DNA from: Planctomycetota bacterium
GTDB lineage: Bacteria; Planctomycetota; MHYJ01; WSZJ01
NCBI GenBank assembly: GCA_038060895.1
Contig: JBBTCT010000018.1
Location: 46,928-110,927, forward strand
DNA: 64,000 bases
Reading direction: 5' to 3'
Shown here one piece after another: positions 26,649 to 36,390 of the stretch (positions are counted from its first letter, which is position 1; each line of letters begins with the position of its first letter). Made by a program: the position numbers and the translations under genes. Below the pieces are notes generated by a model. It worked only from the letters and a program-made list of their open reading frames with translations. It searched no databases and was not told the origin of the DNA.

Positions 26649-26933
26649 TCAGGTTCCGACTTTTCTGACGGCCCGACGATGAGGGCTGATGATCGAGCGT
26701 TTCCGCCGCACAGTTCGCGCAATTTAAGGAACAGTGCGCCCGAGAGGGCCGTGTTTTTTCGTTTCTTGACGAGCGAAGCTAACTGGTTTTTGCCGTGTCG
26801 GAGAAGGAAGTGGTTCTGTTTTGGTCCAGCCAGTCAGCCTGCAGCGGCCCTAACTTTCGCGCGAGCGGTTCGTCCGTAACTTGCAGCCCCTCAGAGGCTT
26901 TGCTATTTTGCCGCCCCCTTGAGAGGAGGGCAC

Positions 26934-28082
26934 ATGTCCCGCAACATCTTCATCACGGCCACGCGGCCGAACGAAGGCAAGACGGCGCTCACGCTCGGGC
27001 TCAGCGCCGCGTTCGTGAAAAAGGGCAAGCGCATCGGGTTCATCAAGCCGGTCGGGACCGCGGACATCGACGCGGGGAATTCCCGGTCAATCGATGAGGA
27101 CACGCTCCTCATCGAGCGCGCCTGCCGCGTGCACTGCAACATCGAGGACATGAACCCCGTGACGCTCAAGCCGGGGTTCCCGGACCAGTTCGCGACGCCG
27201 GCGGCACGGCAGGGACTCATCGACCGCGTCAGGCGCGCCTACGACCGCGTCGCACAGGACAAGGAATTCGTCGTCATCGAAGGCACCGGCCACGCGGCGG
27301 TCGGGTCGAGCTGGGGCGTCTCCAACGCGGACATGGCCAAGCTCCTCAACGCCAAGGTCCTCCTCGTCGCTTCCGGCGGCGTCGGCCAGCCGATCGATGA
27401 CATCCTCCTCAACAAGAAATTCTTCGAGGCCCAGGGCGTCGGCCTCCTCGGCGTCGTCATCAACAAGGTCTATCCCGGCGAAATGGAGCGCATCGACAAG
27501 GTCGCCCGCAAGATCCTCGCCGAACACGACGTCGCCCTCCTCGGCGCCATCCCCTACGAGCGCGACCTCTACACGCCCACCGTCCTCCAGGTCCTCGAAA
27601 CGCTTCGCGGCGACCTCCTCAACGGCGAGTCCGCCCTCAACACCCGCATCGGGAACGTCCTCATCGGCGCCATGACCCCTCATAACGCCATGGACAAGTT
27701 CGAGGGCTCCTGCCTCCTCATCACCCCCGGAGACCGCGAGGACATGATCCTCGCCGCCCTCTCCATGACCCTCGTCGACCAGAAGAACCGCTTCTGCCTC
27801 GCAGGCCTCGTCCTCACCGGGGACATCTACCCGCGCAAGAACATCCTCGAGATCATCAAGAGGACGGGCGTGCCGGTGATGGTCGTGAAGAGCGACTCGT
27901 ACGCGACGGCGAGCCGGGTGAACAACCTGGTAGTGAAGATCAGCCCGTGGGACAGCGCGAAGATCAACTACATCGTGGACCTCGTCGGGAAATACGTGGA
28001 GGTCGACGAGGTGCTGAAGCGGATTGCGGAGGACGGCGGCGGGCCGAAGAGGGGGAAGAGTGGCGACAAGAAAGCCGAGTAG
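26934..28082 (+). CDS. Pta N-terminal-like protein (AAA_26 + DRTGG)
   Basis: NEGKT, GFIKPVG, IEGTGH, ITPGDRED; no PTA catalytic domain. Confidence 0.85.
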   Translation: MSRNIFITATRPNEGKTALTLGLSAAFVKKGKRIGFIKPVGTADIDAGNSRSIDEDTLLIERACRVHCNIEDMNPVTLKPGFPDQFATPAARQGLIDRVRRAYDRVAQDKEFVVIEGTGHAAVGSSWGVSNADMAKLLNAKVLLVASGGVGQPIDDILLNKKFFEAQGVGLLGVVINKVYPGEMERIDKVARKILAEHDVALLGAIPYERDLYTPTVLQVLETLRGDLLNGESALNTRIGNVLIGAMTPHNAMDKFEGSCLLITPGDREDMILAALSMTLVDQKNRFCLAGLVLTGDIYPRKNILEIIKRTGVPVMVVKSDSYATASRVNNLVVKISPWDSAKINYIVDLVGKYVEVDEVLKRIAEDGGGPKRGKSGDKKAE

Positions 28083-28890
28083 CGGGCCGAAGGCCGTGCT
28101 GGACGTCGCGGTGGGCGGCGCGTGCGGCAAGATGGGGGAGCGCATCCTCGCCGTCCTGGCGGGCGAGGCCGGGTGCCGGCTGGCCGCGGCGATCGAGCGC
28201 GAGGGGCACCCGGGAGCGGGGAAGGATGTCGGGGAAGCGCTGGGGCAGGCGAAGCGCGGCGTGCCGCTCGAGTCGGCGCTGTCGCGCAAAGTGGACGTGC
28301 TCATCGACTTCTCGCACTTTTCAGCGACGGCGGCCCGGCTTGCGGAGTGCGTGAAGCTCGGCGTGCCGATGCTGGTGGGGACGACCGGCCTCGAGGCGGC
28401 GACGCGCGAAGCACTGCAGGCCGCGGGGAAGAAGATCCCCGTGTGCGTCGCTTCGAACGTGTCCGTCGGCGCGAATCTTCTGTTCAGGCTGGCGGCCGAG
28501 GCGGCCAAGGTTCTTGGCGACGCGTACGACGTCGAAATCGTGGAAGCGCATCACCGCATGAAAAAGGACGCGCCTTCGGGCACGGCGCTCACGCTGGCGC
28601 AGCGCGTCGCGGAGGCACTCGGGCGCGATCTTGAAAAGGAGCGCCGCGACGGGCGCAAGGGGGACGTCGGGGCGAGGACGACCGGCGAGATCGGGATCCA
28701 TGCGGTTCGCGCCGGCGACATCGTCGGCGAGCACACGATTACTTTCGCGGGACTCGGGGAGCGCATCGAGATCGTCCATCGCGCTTCAACCCGGGATACT
28801 TTCGCTCGCGGCGCGGTCCGTGCGGCCTGCTGGCTGGCGGGGGCGAAAGCGGGGTACTACAAGATTGAGGAAGCGCTCGGGATGGAGTAA
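28060..28890 (+). CDS. dapB: 4-hydroxy-tetrahydrodipicolinate reductase
   Basis: GACGKMG, IDFS, GTTG, EAHHRMKKDAPSGTA. Confidence 0.97.
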   Translation: MATRKPSSGPKAVLDVAVGGACGKMGERILAVLAGEAGCRLAAAIEREGHPGAGKDVGEALGQAKRGVPLESALSRKVDVLIDFSHFSATAARLAECVKLGVPMLVGTTGLEAATREALQAAGKKIPVCVASNVSVGANLLFRLAAEAAKVLGDAYDVEIVEAHHRMKKDAPSGTALTLAQRVAEALGRDLEKERRDGRKGDVGARTTGEIGIHAVRAGDIVGEHTITFAGLGERIEIVHRASTRDTFARGAVRAACWLAGAKAGYYKIEEALGME

Positions 28891-28897
28891 GCGGTCG

Positions 28898-29170
28898 CTA
28901 CTTGATCTTCTCTTCCATCATGCGTCCGGGCTTGAACGTCACCACGCGTTTCTCCGCCACGAAGACCTCGGCTCCCGTGCGGGGATTTCGCGCCTTGCGC
29001 GCCTTGCGCATCTTGACCTCGAACACGCCGAAATTACGAAGCTCGATACGTCCGTTGGCGATCAGCGTCTCGAGGATGGCATCGAACGTCCCCTGGACGA
29101 CTTTCTTCGCGTCGACCTGTGAGAGCGTGAAGCGGTCGGCGAGGGTCTTGACGATGTCCTTCTTCGTCAC
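28898..29170 (-). CDS. HU/IHF-family DNA-binding protein
   Basis: IELRNFGVF...ARNPRTG...VTFKPG. Confidence 0.95.
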   Translation of the reverse strand: MTKKDIVKTLADRFTLSQVDAKKVVQGTFDAILETLIANGRIELRNFGVFEVKMRKARKARNPRTGAEVFVAEKRVVTFKPGRMMEEKIK

Positions 29171-29447
29171 GGGGGAGCCTCCTTAACTTGCGTCGGGGCG
29201 TCGCTTCTAAAGCGCGGAACTAAAACGATTTAAGTACAGAGGAAGAACATAAGCCTCTTGCGGGGGGCGAGTCAAGCGGCTTTTTTTGCAAATCGCTCGC
29301 AAGTCGTTATGGCGAAGGGATTTCGTGGAAGCGTGATGCCGCCGGCGGTTTGTCCCGGCCGATGGCGATGCCGCCGCAACTTCCCTTCCCACGGAGTCTT
29401 GCGATGGAACCCGCTCCGCGGCGGTCGCGCGTGGGTATGATCCCGGA

Positions 29448-31595
29448 ATGGCCGCTTCCACCCGAACTTCGCTGGCGCTCAAGGGAATGACCTGCGCGAG
29501 TTGCGTGGGGCGCGTCCAGACTGCGCTGGCGGCGGTCCCCGGGGTGTCCCGTGCGAACGTCAATCTGGCGACGGAGCGCGCCACGGTCGAGTCGGAGGGC
29601 GTCGATCCGGTCGCGCTGGTTGCGGCGGTGCGTGGCGCCGGGTACGAGGCGTCGCTGGTCGAAACGGGGGCGCCTCCGGCCGCGGCGGAGGCTGCGCGCG
29701 GCGACCTCCGTCTGCCGGTCGCGCTCGCTGGAGCGGCCGCGCTGATGGCGCTCTCGATGGACGAGATGTTCCTCGGCCACGGACGCCATTTCGTTCCCGA
29801 CCCTCCACTCCGGTGGATCCTGCTCGCGATCGCCACTCCGGTCCAGCTGTGGTGCGGTTGGCCCTTCCTGCGCGGCGCCATCGCCTCGGCCAGGCACTTC
29901 GCCGCCGACATGAACACGCTCGTCGCGGTGGGCACCTGGTCGTCGTTCCTCGTCTCGTTCGCGGCGGCGCTCGGCCACGGCCATGGTTTTTATTTCGAAA
30001 CCGGCGCGACGATCATCGCGCTGATCCTGCTCGGGCGAACGCTCGAACACCGTGCCCGGCGGCGCGCCGGAGCGGCGATCCGCAAGCTCATGGAACTGCG
30101 GCCCGCGACGGCGCGCGTCGTCGTCGCGGGGACGGAATCGGAGGTGCCCGTCGAGCGGGTCCGCGCCGGAGACCTCGTGCGCGTCCGCCCTGGCGAGCGG
30201 CTCGCCGTGGACGGCGAGGTCGTCGAGGGCGAGTCGCCGATCGACGAATCCATGGTCACCGGCGAATCCATGCCCGTCACCCGTCGCCCCGGCGACCCCG
30301 TCACCGGCGGCACCGTCAACGGAAGCGGCTCGCTGCTCTTCAAGGCCACGCGCGTCGGCGGCGAAACCCTGCTCGCGCAGATCGTCCGCGCGGTCGAGGA
30401 GGCGCAGACGCGCAAGGCGCCGGTCGAGCGGTTGGCCGACCGGGCTGCGGGCGTCTTCGTGCCCTTCGTTCTCATCGCCGCCGCCGTGACTTTCGCCGGC
30501 TGGTGGATCGCGAAGAACGACCCCGCCGCCGGTTTTCTCCCGGCCGTCGCGGTCCTCGTCATTGCATGCCCCTGTGCTCTGGGCCTGGCAACGCCGACCG
30601 CGGTGATGGCCGGCATCGGCCGCGGCGCGGAAAAAGGGATTCTCATCCGGGGCGGGGAAGCGCTGGAAGTCGCGCACAAACTGAGGACGATCGTCTTCGA
30701 CAAGACGGGCACGCTCACCGAGGGCCGCCCCGAGGTCGTTGACGTCCTGACGCTCAGTCCAGACTTCCTCCCACTCGCGCTCGCCGCAGAAAAGCGCAGC
30801 GAGCACCCGCTTGCCCGCGCCATCGTCCGCTTCTCAGAAAAGAAAACATCGGGCTCCCCCGAGCCCGACGATTTCTTCTCGTACTCGGGAAGCGGTGTCG
30901 AAGCGACCCTCCAGGGACGCACCGTCGTCGTGGGCTCGCCGGAATTCCTCGCCGGCCGTGGAATCGACGTCGCCCCCGCCGGGACGTTCGTGATGCGGAA
31001 CCGCGTCGAGGGGCGCACCGTCGTGGCGGCAGCCATGGAAGAGCGCCTGCTCGGCGCCTTCGCCGTCGCCGACCCCGTCCGCCCCGCCGCCCGCGAAGCC
31101 GTAGATTCCCTCAAGCGCCGCGGACTTGCCGTCGTCATGCTCACCGGCGACAACGCCGTCACAGCAGAATCCGTCGCAAAGGCCGCCGGCATCGACCGCG
31201 TCGTCGCCCAGGTCCTCCCGAAGGAAAAGGCCGCGAAGATCACGGAGCTCCAGTCCGCCGGCCCTGTCGCCATGGTCGGCGACGGCATCAACGACGCCCC
31301 CGCCCTCGCCACCGCCGACGTCGGCATCGCGATGGGCACCGGGACGGACATCGCGGCCGAAGCGGGACACATCGTGCTGGTGCGGGGCGACATCCGCGAC
31401 GTGGAGACGGCCATCAACCTGAGCGCGCGCACCCTGCGCACCATCCGCCAGAACCTGTTCTGGGCGTTCTTCTACAACCTCGTGCTCATTCCCGCCGCGG
31501 CGCTCGGCTGGCTCAACCCGATGCTCGCGGCGCTTGCAATGGCGTTCTCGAGCGTGAGCGTGGTGATGAATTCGCTGAGGTTGAGGCGGGCTTAG
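29448..31595 (+). CDS. copA: Cu(I)-exporting P1B-type ATPase
   Basis: GMTCASC, TGES, CPC, DKTGT, SEHP, GDGINDAP, YN and MAFSS. Confidence 0.93.
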   Translation: MAASTRTSLALKGMTCASCVGRVQTALAAVPGVSRANVNLATERATVESEGVDPVALVAAVRGAGYEASLVETGAPPAAAEAARGDLRLPVALAGAAALMALSMDEMFLGHGRHFVPDPPLRWILLAIATPVQLWCGWPFLRGAIASARHFAADMNTLVAVGTWSSFLVSFAAALGHGHGFYFETGATIIALILLGRTLEHRARRRAGAAIRKLMELRPATARVVVAGTESEVPVERVRAGDLVRVRPGERLAVDGEVVEGESPIDESMVTGESMPVTRRPGDPVTGGTVNGSGSLLFKATRVGGETLLAQIVRAVEEAQTRKAPVERLADRAAGVFVPFVLIAAAVTFAGWWIAKNDPAAGFLPAVAVLVIACPCALGLATPTAVMAGIGRGAEKGILIRGGEALEVAHKLRTIVFDKTGTLTEGRPEVVDVLTLSPDFLPLALAAEKRSEHPLARAIVRFSEKKTSGSPEPDDFFSYSGSGVEATLQGRTVVVGSPEFLAGRGIDVAPAGTFVMRNRVEGRTVVAAAMEERLLGAFAVADPVRPAAREAVDSLKRRGLAVVMLTGDNAVTAESVAKAAGIDRVVAQVLPKEKAAKITELQSAGPVAMVGDGINDAPALATADVGIAMGTGTDIAAEAGHIVLVRGDIRDVETAINLSARTLRTIRQNLFWAFFYNLVLIPAAALGWLNPMLAALAMAFSSVSVVMNSLRLRRA

Positions 31596-31849
31596 CGTCT
31601 TGGAGGCACCCGTCGGAACCGAAAATGCGCGCCTCGGCCCTCGGCGCAATAACCAAATGACGAGATCGGTCGAGCTCGTCGTGGTTTGCGCAATACGGAC
31701 CGAATCTTACTCTCGTCCTCCCCTCGAGTTCCCCGAATGCCGATTTGCTTCATCATCGACTCGGGAGCGAGGCCGAGCAAATCCGCGCTGTTGGCAACGA
31801 TCGCGGCCGTCGTCAAAAAGTCGCTGTAATCCGAGCTGCCTGGGAGCTC

Positions 31850-32788
31850 CTACTTGATGGCTTGGGGCGTTCTCTCCCATACCTTTCGGAGTACGGTTTC
31901 CAGGCGGTCGCGCACTTCCTGGTCCGCGTGACTCTTCATCAGGTCCGCGATCACGGCCGCTGCCGACGCCCCCTTAGCAACGATCGCGTCGCTCGCGCTC
32001 AGCCGCTCGTTCGTGTCCTTCGACACGAGGTGGTCGGCGAGCGCGCGGACCCTGTCCTCGTCCTCCTTGGCGAGCTTCGGCGGGCTCGTCGCCGCGAGCT
32101 CGGCCAGGATCTCCTCGACCTCGGGGCGCATGACGTAGACGTACTCGAACGTCACTCGCGGGTTCTTGAACTCGCGCACGCGGATGTGAACGTAGCCGCC
32201 CTCGCCGCTGCGGAGGCGGAAGCCGTTGGTGGCGGGCTGTGTCTCTTTGAGGTCCACCTCGCCGGCCTGAAGCGCCTCTGCCATCTCCTTGCGCTTTGTC
32301 GCGTCGATTTTTCCGAAACCCTCCGGGACGCCGGGGGCGATGCCGTGGAGGCCGCGGATGGTGATCATCGAAGCGCCGCCCGCGGAGCGGACGATCGCGA
32401 CGTCGCCCTTGTGGCCTTCGCCGACTTTGTCCTCCTCGAAGCGCCACGTTTCGCGGCCGAAGCAGTCGAGCTGGAACTGGCCGATTTTGAAGTACGTCGG
32501 GAACGCGCCGGCGACGCCGCGGTGGATGATCTTGTCCTCCTTGTTGATGCGGGCGCGGATCTCGAGTGAGTAGAGCTTGAATCGTTCGGCGTCAAAGGTG
32601 CAGGAGGCTTCGCCCGTCTTTGCGATTTCCTTCTCAATGCCGGGCTCGACGAGGAAGACGTGGTACTGGTCGACGTCCTCATTTTTCGGCCAGGTCACGG
32701 TGAGCTTGCCATCCTTGAACGTGCTCTTGAGGTCGTCGGCAACGGAGGGGAGGCAGAGGAGGCTGGCGAGTGCGAATGCGAGGCGCAT
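31850..32788 (-). CDS. exported protein with C-terminal HEAT-like repeat
   Basis: Signal peptide; RALADHLVSKDTNERLSASDAI...DQEVRDRLETVL. Confidence 0.7.
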   Translation of the reverse strand: MRLAFALASLLCLPSVADDLKSTFKDGKLTVTWPKNEDVDQYHVFLVEPGIEKEIAKTGEASCTFDAERFKLYSLEIRARINKEDKIIHRGVAGAFPTYFKIGQFQLDCFGRETWRFEEDKVGEGHKGDVAIVRSAGGASMITIRGLHGIAPGVPEGFGKIDATKRKEMAEALQAGEVDLKETQPATNGFRLRSGEGGYVHIRVREFKNPRVTFEYVYVMRPEVEEILAELAATSPPKLAKEDEDRVRALADHLVSKDTNERLSASDAIVAKGASAAAVIADLMKSHADQEVRDRLETVLRKVWERTPQAIK

Positions 32789-33027
32789 GAAGCGGGGTCT
32801 CCGGGAGGGGAGTTTCTAAAGATTCCGGTTGCGGAAGGCGGCCGTTCGATCCTGAAGGACATCGATCCATAAGTGATTGTAGGCGAAGGGCTTGCGTTGC
32901 GAGAAGCGACACCTGTCACGTCAACTACAAAAACACATCAGCTTGTGATAACCGAGCCCCTTCTGGACATCCCCCTCCCGCGAAAATAAAATCTCCACTT
33001 CACCCTTTCCCCCCGGAGACCCTTGAC

Positions 33028-34491
33028 ATGATCAAAGTCTCTTCCACCAAGCGCCTCGACCGCACCGACGTCCTCATTCTCTTTGCCGAGGAGCCGTCGT
33101 CGAAGGACGTCAGGGCGCTTCACAAGTGGGACGCGCTCTCCGGGGATTCGAGCCGGCGGCTGGCCGCGGCGCTCGAGAAGGAGAATTTCCGGGGCAAGGT
33201 GGGGCAGACTTTCGTGTGGCACGCGGGGGACTCCCGCGCGGAGCGCGTCATCGTCGCGGGCGTCGGAAAGGCGGCGACGCGCGACGTGGACCTGACGATC
33301 AGGGCGGCCGGCGCGGCGGCGAAGAAGGCGAAGGAGATCGGTGCCACGAAGGTGATGTGCGCGCTTCCGCCGGCAGGCAAGCTCGGCGAGGAACGCAACG
33401 CGCAGGCGGTGACGGAAGGGCTGATCCTGGGCGCGTACGAGTTCGACAAGTACCGGCAGCCGAAGGAGACGAAGGCGTTTGAGGCGGCCGAGATTCTCGG
33501 CGCGCCGGAGCGGGCGGTGAAGCTCGCGGAGATTTTTTCGCGCGCGACCGTTTACGCGCGGGATCTCGTGAATACGCCGGCCGGCGACTGCGCGCCGCGG
33601 CATCTTGCGGAAGCCGCGAAGCGGCTGGCCGGGTCGAACGTGAAGGTGACGGTGTGGGGGCAGAAGGAGATCGAGAAAAAGGGGATGGGCGGGCTGATCG
33701 GGATCGGGAAAGGCTCGGACGAGCCGTATCACTTCATCATGCTGAAGTGGGAGGGGAAGAAGGGCTCGAAGAAGGTCGCGATTCTCGGGAAGGGGATTAC
33801 GTTTGATTCGGGCGGGCTGTGCATCAAGCCGGCGGACGGGATGGGGACGATGAAGTGCGACATGAGCGGCGCGGCGGCGGTGCTGGCGATGTTCAGCGCG
33901 CTGCCGGACCTGAAGCCGGACTGCACGGTGTACGGCTACATTCCCGCGGCGGAGAACATGACGGGCGGGAGCGCGGTGAAGACGGGCGACGTCCTGCGCA
34001 CGGCGAGCGGGCGGACGATCGAGGTGAACAACACCGACGCCGAAGGGCGCGTCGTCCTTGCCGACGCGATGGTCATCGCGCGCGAGGACAAGCCTGACGA
34101 GATGATCGATCTCGCGACGCTCACGGGCGCCTGCGTCGTCGCGCTGGGCGACCAGGTCGCCGGCATGTTCTCCAACGACGACAACCTCGCCGCCGGCCTC
34201 GACGCCGCTTCCAAGCGCGCCGGCGAGCGTCTCTGGCGGATGCCGATCGTCGCCGAATACCGCGACCTCCTCCGGTCCGACATCGCCGACATCAAGAATT
34301 CCGGCGGCCGCGGCGGCGGCGCGATCCAAGGGGCGCTCTTCCTGCAGGAATGGGCGGGGGACCAGCCTTGGGCGCACCTGGACATCGCGGGGCCGGCGTG
34401 GACTGACAAGGGGATGTCCTTCTGCCAGCCGGGAGGGACCGGGTTCGGGGTGCGGACGTTGCTTGAGTACGTGACGGCGCAAGGAAAGTAG
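33028..34491 (+). CDS. pepA: leucyl aminopeptidase (M17)
   Basis: GKGITFDSGG, MKCDMSGAA, NTDAEGR, HLDIAG. Confidence 0.96.
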   Translation: MIKVSSTKRLDRTDVLILFAEEPSSKDVRALHKWDALSGDSSRRLAAALEKENFRGKVGQTFVWHAGDSRAERVIVAGVGKAATRDVDLTIRAAGAAAKKAKEIGATKVMCALPPAGKLGEERNAQAVTEGLILGAYEFDKYRQPKETKAFEAAEILGAPERAVKLAEIFSRATVYARDLVNTPAGDCAPRHLAEAAKRLAGSNVKVTVWGQKEIEKKGMGGLIGIGKGSDEPYHFIMLKWEGKKGSKKVAILGKGITFDSGGLCIKPADGMGTMKCDMSGAAAVLAMFSALPDLKPDCTVYGYIPAAENMTGGSAVKTGDVLRTASGRTIEVNNTDAEGRVVLADAMVIAREDKPDEMIDLATLTGACVVALGDQVAGMFSNDDNLAAGLDAASKRAGERLWRMPIVAEYRDLLRSDIADIKNSGGRGGGAIQGALFLQEWAGDQPWAHLDIAGPAWTDKGMSFCQPGGTGFGVRTLLEYVTAQGK

Positions 34492-34547
34492 GGAGTGAGG
34501 AGTGTTGAGGGTTGAGCAGGGAGCAGGGAGGAGTCGGGAGATTTGAG

Positions 34548-34796
34548 ATGACCGCGATCTCTGAACTTGGACCATCGCTTGTGATCGGGGCTACCTTTAC
34601 GGCCTTCTCCGCCGTGAAGTTCTATGGCCTCGCCCGCGGCATCGAGGGCGGAGGCGGCAAGCCGCTTCAGACGCGCCTCTGCGGATCCTGACCGACCTGG
34701 CCGTCGTGGGCGCGGTTCGCGGCCCCGGTCGTGATGCTGGCCATCGGGCTGGCTAACTTCGGCTACGCCATCGCCGTCCTGTCGCGCAGCTCGTGA
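34548..34796 (+). CDS. candidate small membrane selenoprotein (CxxU), 82 aa
   Basis: GGGAG RBS; MTAISELGPSLVIGATFTAFSAVKFYGLARGIEGGGGKPLQTRLCGS-TGA(34689)-PTWPSWARFAAPVVMLAIGLANFGYAIAVLSRSS; GC3-rich codons on both sides of the TGA; hairpin 3' of the TGA. Confidence 0.7.
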
Positions 34797-34799
34797 GAC

Positions 34800-36005
34800 T
34801 TAGCAGGCGCAGATTCCTCCGAACATGGAGGGGCCGCGCCTTCTCGACCGCATTCGCTGCGCGTAGCGTGAAAGTGTCAGTGCGCGGGATTTGCGTGGCG
34901 AAATCGGCGCGAGGCGGGCGACGATGAGGCACGCGATGCAGGCGAGGAAGAGCGTGCCGGCGGCAATGGCGAGAGTCCGGAGGGCGGATACGGTCCAAGG
35001 GTCGAGGCGCGGAGGCCTTGCCGGATTGGATCGCGGCGGCTCGGGCCGCGGCTCGGCCGCAATCAGCTCGGCCTCGCCGATCGGAAGTTCCGCGAAGTCC
35101 CCCGCCGCGGCCCGCGAGATCCCGCACCTCCTGCACTCCGCCAGGACTTCCGCAATGCCTGGCTCCCGTCCTTCGAGCACCAGCCTCCATTCGACTCGCT
35201 GAAACCCGGTGCGCCACCTTTCCGCTGTCGAAACATTGCGCCGGATGGCGGCCATCGCCGCGTCAATACTCGCTTCCGCACGCCCCGAACCCACGCGCCA
35301 GAGGAAAAACGTCGTCTCGAGGCGCCTGCTCAGTTCGCTCTTCGCCGGGTGACCGAGGTCGAGCGCCCGGACCCAGGCCCAGATCGCCAGGTTCTGAGCG
35401 CCCCGGCGGCTGAGTTCGTCGCCCAGGACGAGCATGGCGTCGGGGAAGCGCGGGCAGCGGGTGGCGAGCAGGAGGAGGCGGAAGTAATCGACGCGGGGCC
35501 CGGCGCCCGGCGTTGGCCAGGTCGAGTACGGCTCGTCCAGAAAGCCGATGTTCCGCTGAGAAGCGCTCCACCGCAGCGCCCGAAGATGAAAATCGCCGAG
35601 GCCCGGGCAGACGTCCTGGTTGCGCAGAAGCGCCGCCGACAGCGATTCGGCGGCGCTCAGGAATCCGCCCGCGCGCTCCCGCAGGTCCGCAAGAAGCGCC
35701 GCGGCGCCGGCGTTTCCTGGGTCGAGCTGTTCGATCGAGGCGAGTACGGTGCCAGCCTCGCCGTCGCGTCCCAGCGCCGCCCGGGCTTCCGCGAGAAACA
35801 GCCGCGTCGGCAAATCCATAATGTTCGACCGGAGCCTTGTGTCCAAACGGACTTCCCGAAGCGTCCAGTATGTCTCGCCGTGCGAGGGAACCTGACCCGA
35901 GACCAGGTCGAACACGTCTTCCGGCTCCGCAGCCGCCGATGGCGGGCAGGCCCGGGAAAACGAACCGGACAGAATCGTGGCAAGCAGGGCGAGCCGAATC
36001 GTCAT
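34800..36005 (-). CDS. exported TPR-like protein with C-terminal TM helix
   Basis: Signal peptide, TPR-like helices (PDAMLVLGDEL...NLAIWAWVRALDLGHP). Confidence 0.7.
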   Translation of the reverse strand: MTIRLALLATILSGSFSRACPPSAAAEPEDVFDLVSGQVPSHGETYWTLREVRLDTRLRSNIMDLPTRLFLAEARAALGRDGEAGTVLASIEQLDPGNAGAAALLADLRERAGGFLSAAESLSAALLRNQDVCPGLGDFHLRALRWSASQRNIGFLDEPYSTWPTPGAGPRVDYFRLLLLATRCPRFPDAMLVLGDELSRRGAQNLAIWAWVRALDLGHPAKSELSRRLETTFFLWRVGSGRAEASIDAAMAAIRRNVSTAERWRTGFQRVEWRLVLEGREPGIAEVLAECRRCGISRAAAGDFAELPIGEAELIAAEPRPEPPRSNPARPPRLDPWTVSALRTLAIAAGTLFLACIACLIVARLAPISPRKSRALTLSRYAQRMRSRRRGPSMFGGICAC

Positions 36006-36128
36006 TCCTGTGCGAACGAAAGCCCGGGTGCGCGGTTCAGCTCTTCCGCGTGAGGATCATCTCGACGAACCGCAACGCGCGCTTCCCACCTCTTGCGGGA
36101 ATTCAGGCATCCAGCATCTCCCGAAACA

Positions 36129-36344
36129 TCACTTCCGGACCGCGGCCAGTCCCATGTCGAGGAGCGTCTGCTTTCCCTTACCGCCGCAGCCGTTGCAGCG
36201 AAGGTCGACGACTTCGCCTATTTTCACGCCGGCGATGCCGTGGCACCGCTCGCAGGTGCGGAGCGGGACGAAAATCGCCGCGGCCAGGAGGCCCGCCCCG
36301 GCCAGGACAAACAGGAAGCGGCTTCCGCCTTTTTTGCTGCTCAT
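36129..36344 (-). CDS. small membrane-anchored DnaJ-type zinc-finger protein
   Basis: TM helix then CERCHG...CNGCGGKG. Confidence 0.7.
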   Translation of the reverse strand: MSSKKGGSRFLFVLAGAGLLAAAIFVPLRTCERCHGIAGVKIGEVVDLRCNGCGGKGKQTLLDMGLAAVRK

Positions 36345-36390
36345 GCGCCCCATCCTACCGCCGCCGGGGGGCGGGTACAATCCGCGCCCC

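Noticed and set aside
26875-26888. 14-bp CGTAACTTGCAGCC repeated at 47666-47679
   Set aside because: Only two copies, in opposite orientation relative to the downstream genes; the first overlaps a plausible -35 box. Too little support for a regulatory call.
26934-28082. Pta-like protein lacking the catalytic domain as a novelty
   Set aside because: Stand-alone AAA_26 + DRTGG proteins are a known widespread family.
36038-36130. Tiny minus-strand frame with an internal TGA between the Zn-finger and TPR genes
   Set aside because: About 30 codons, no motif or Cys context, not supportable.
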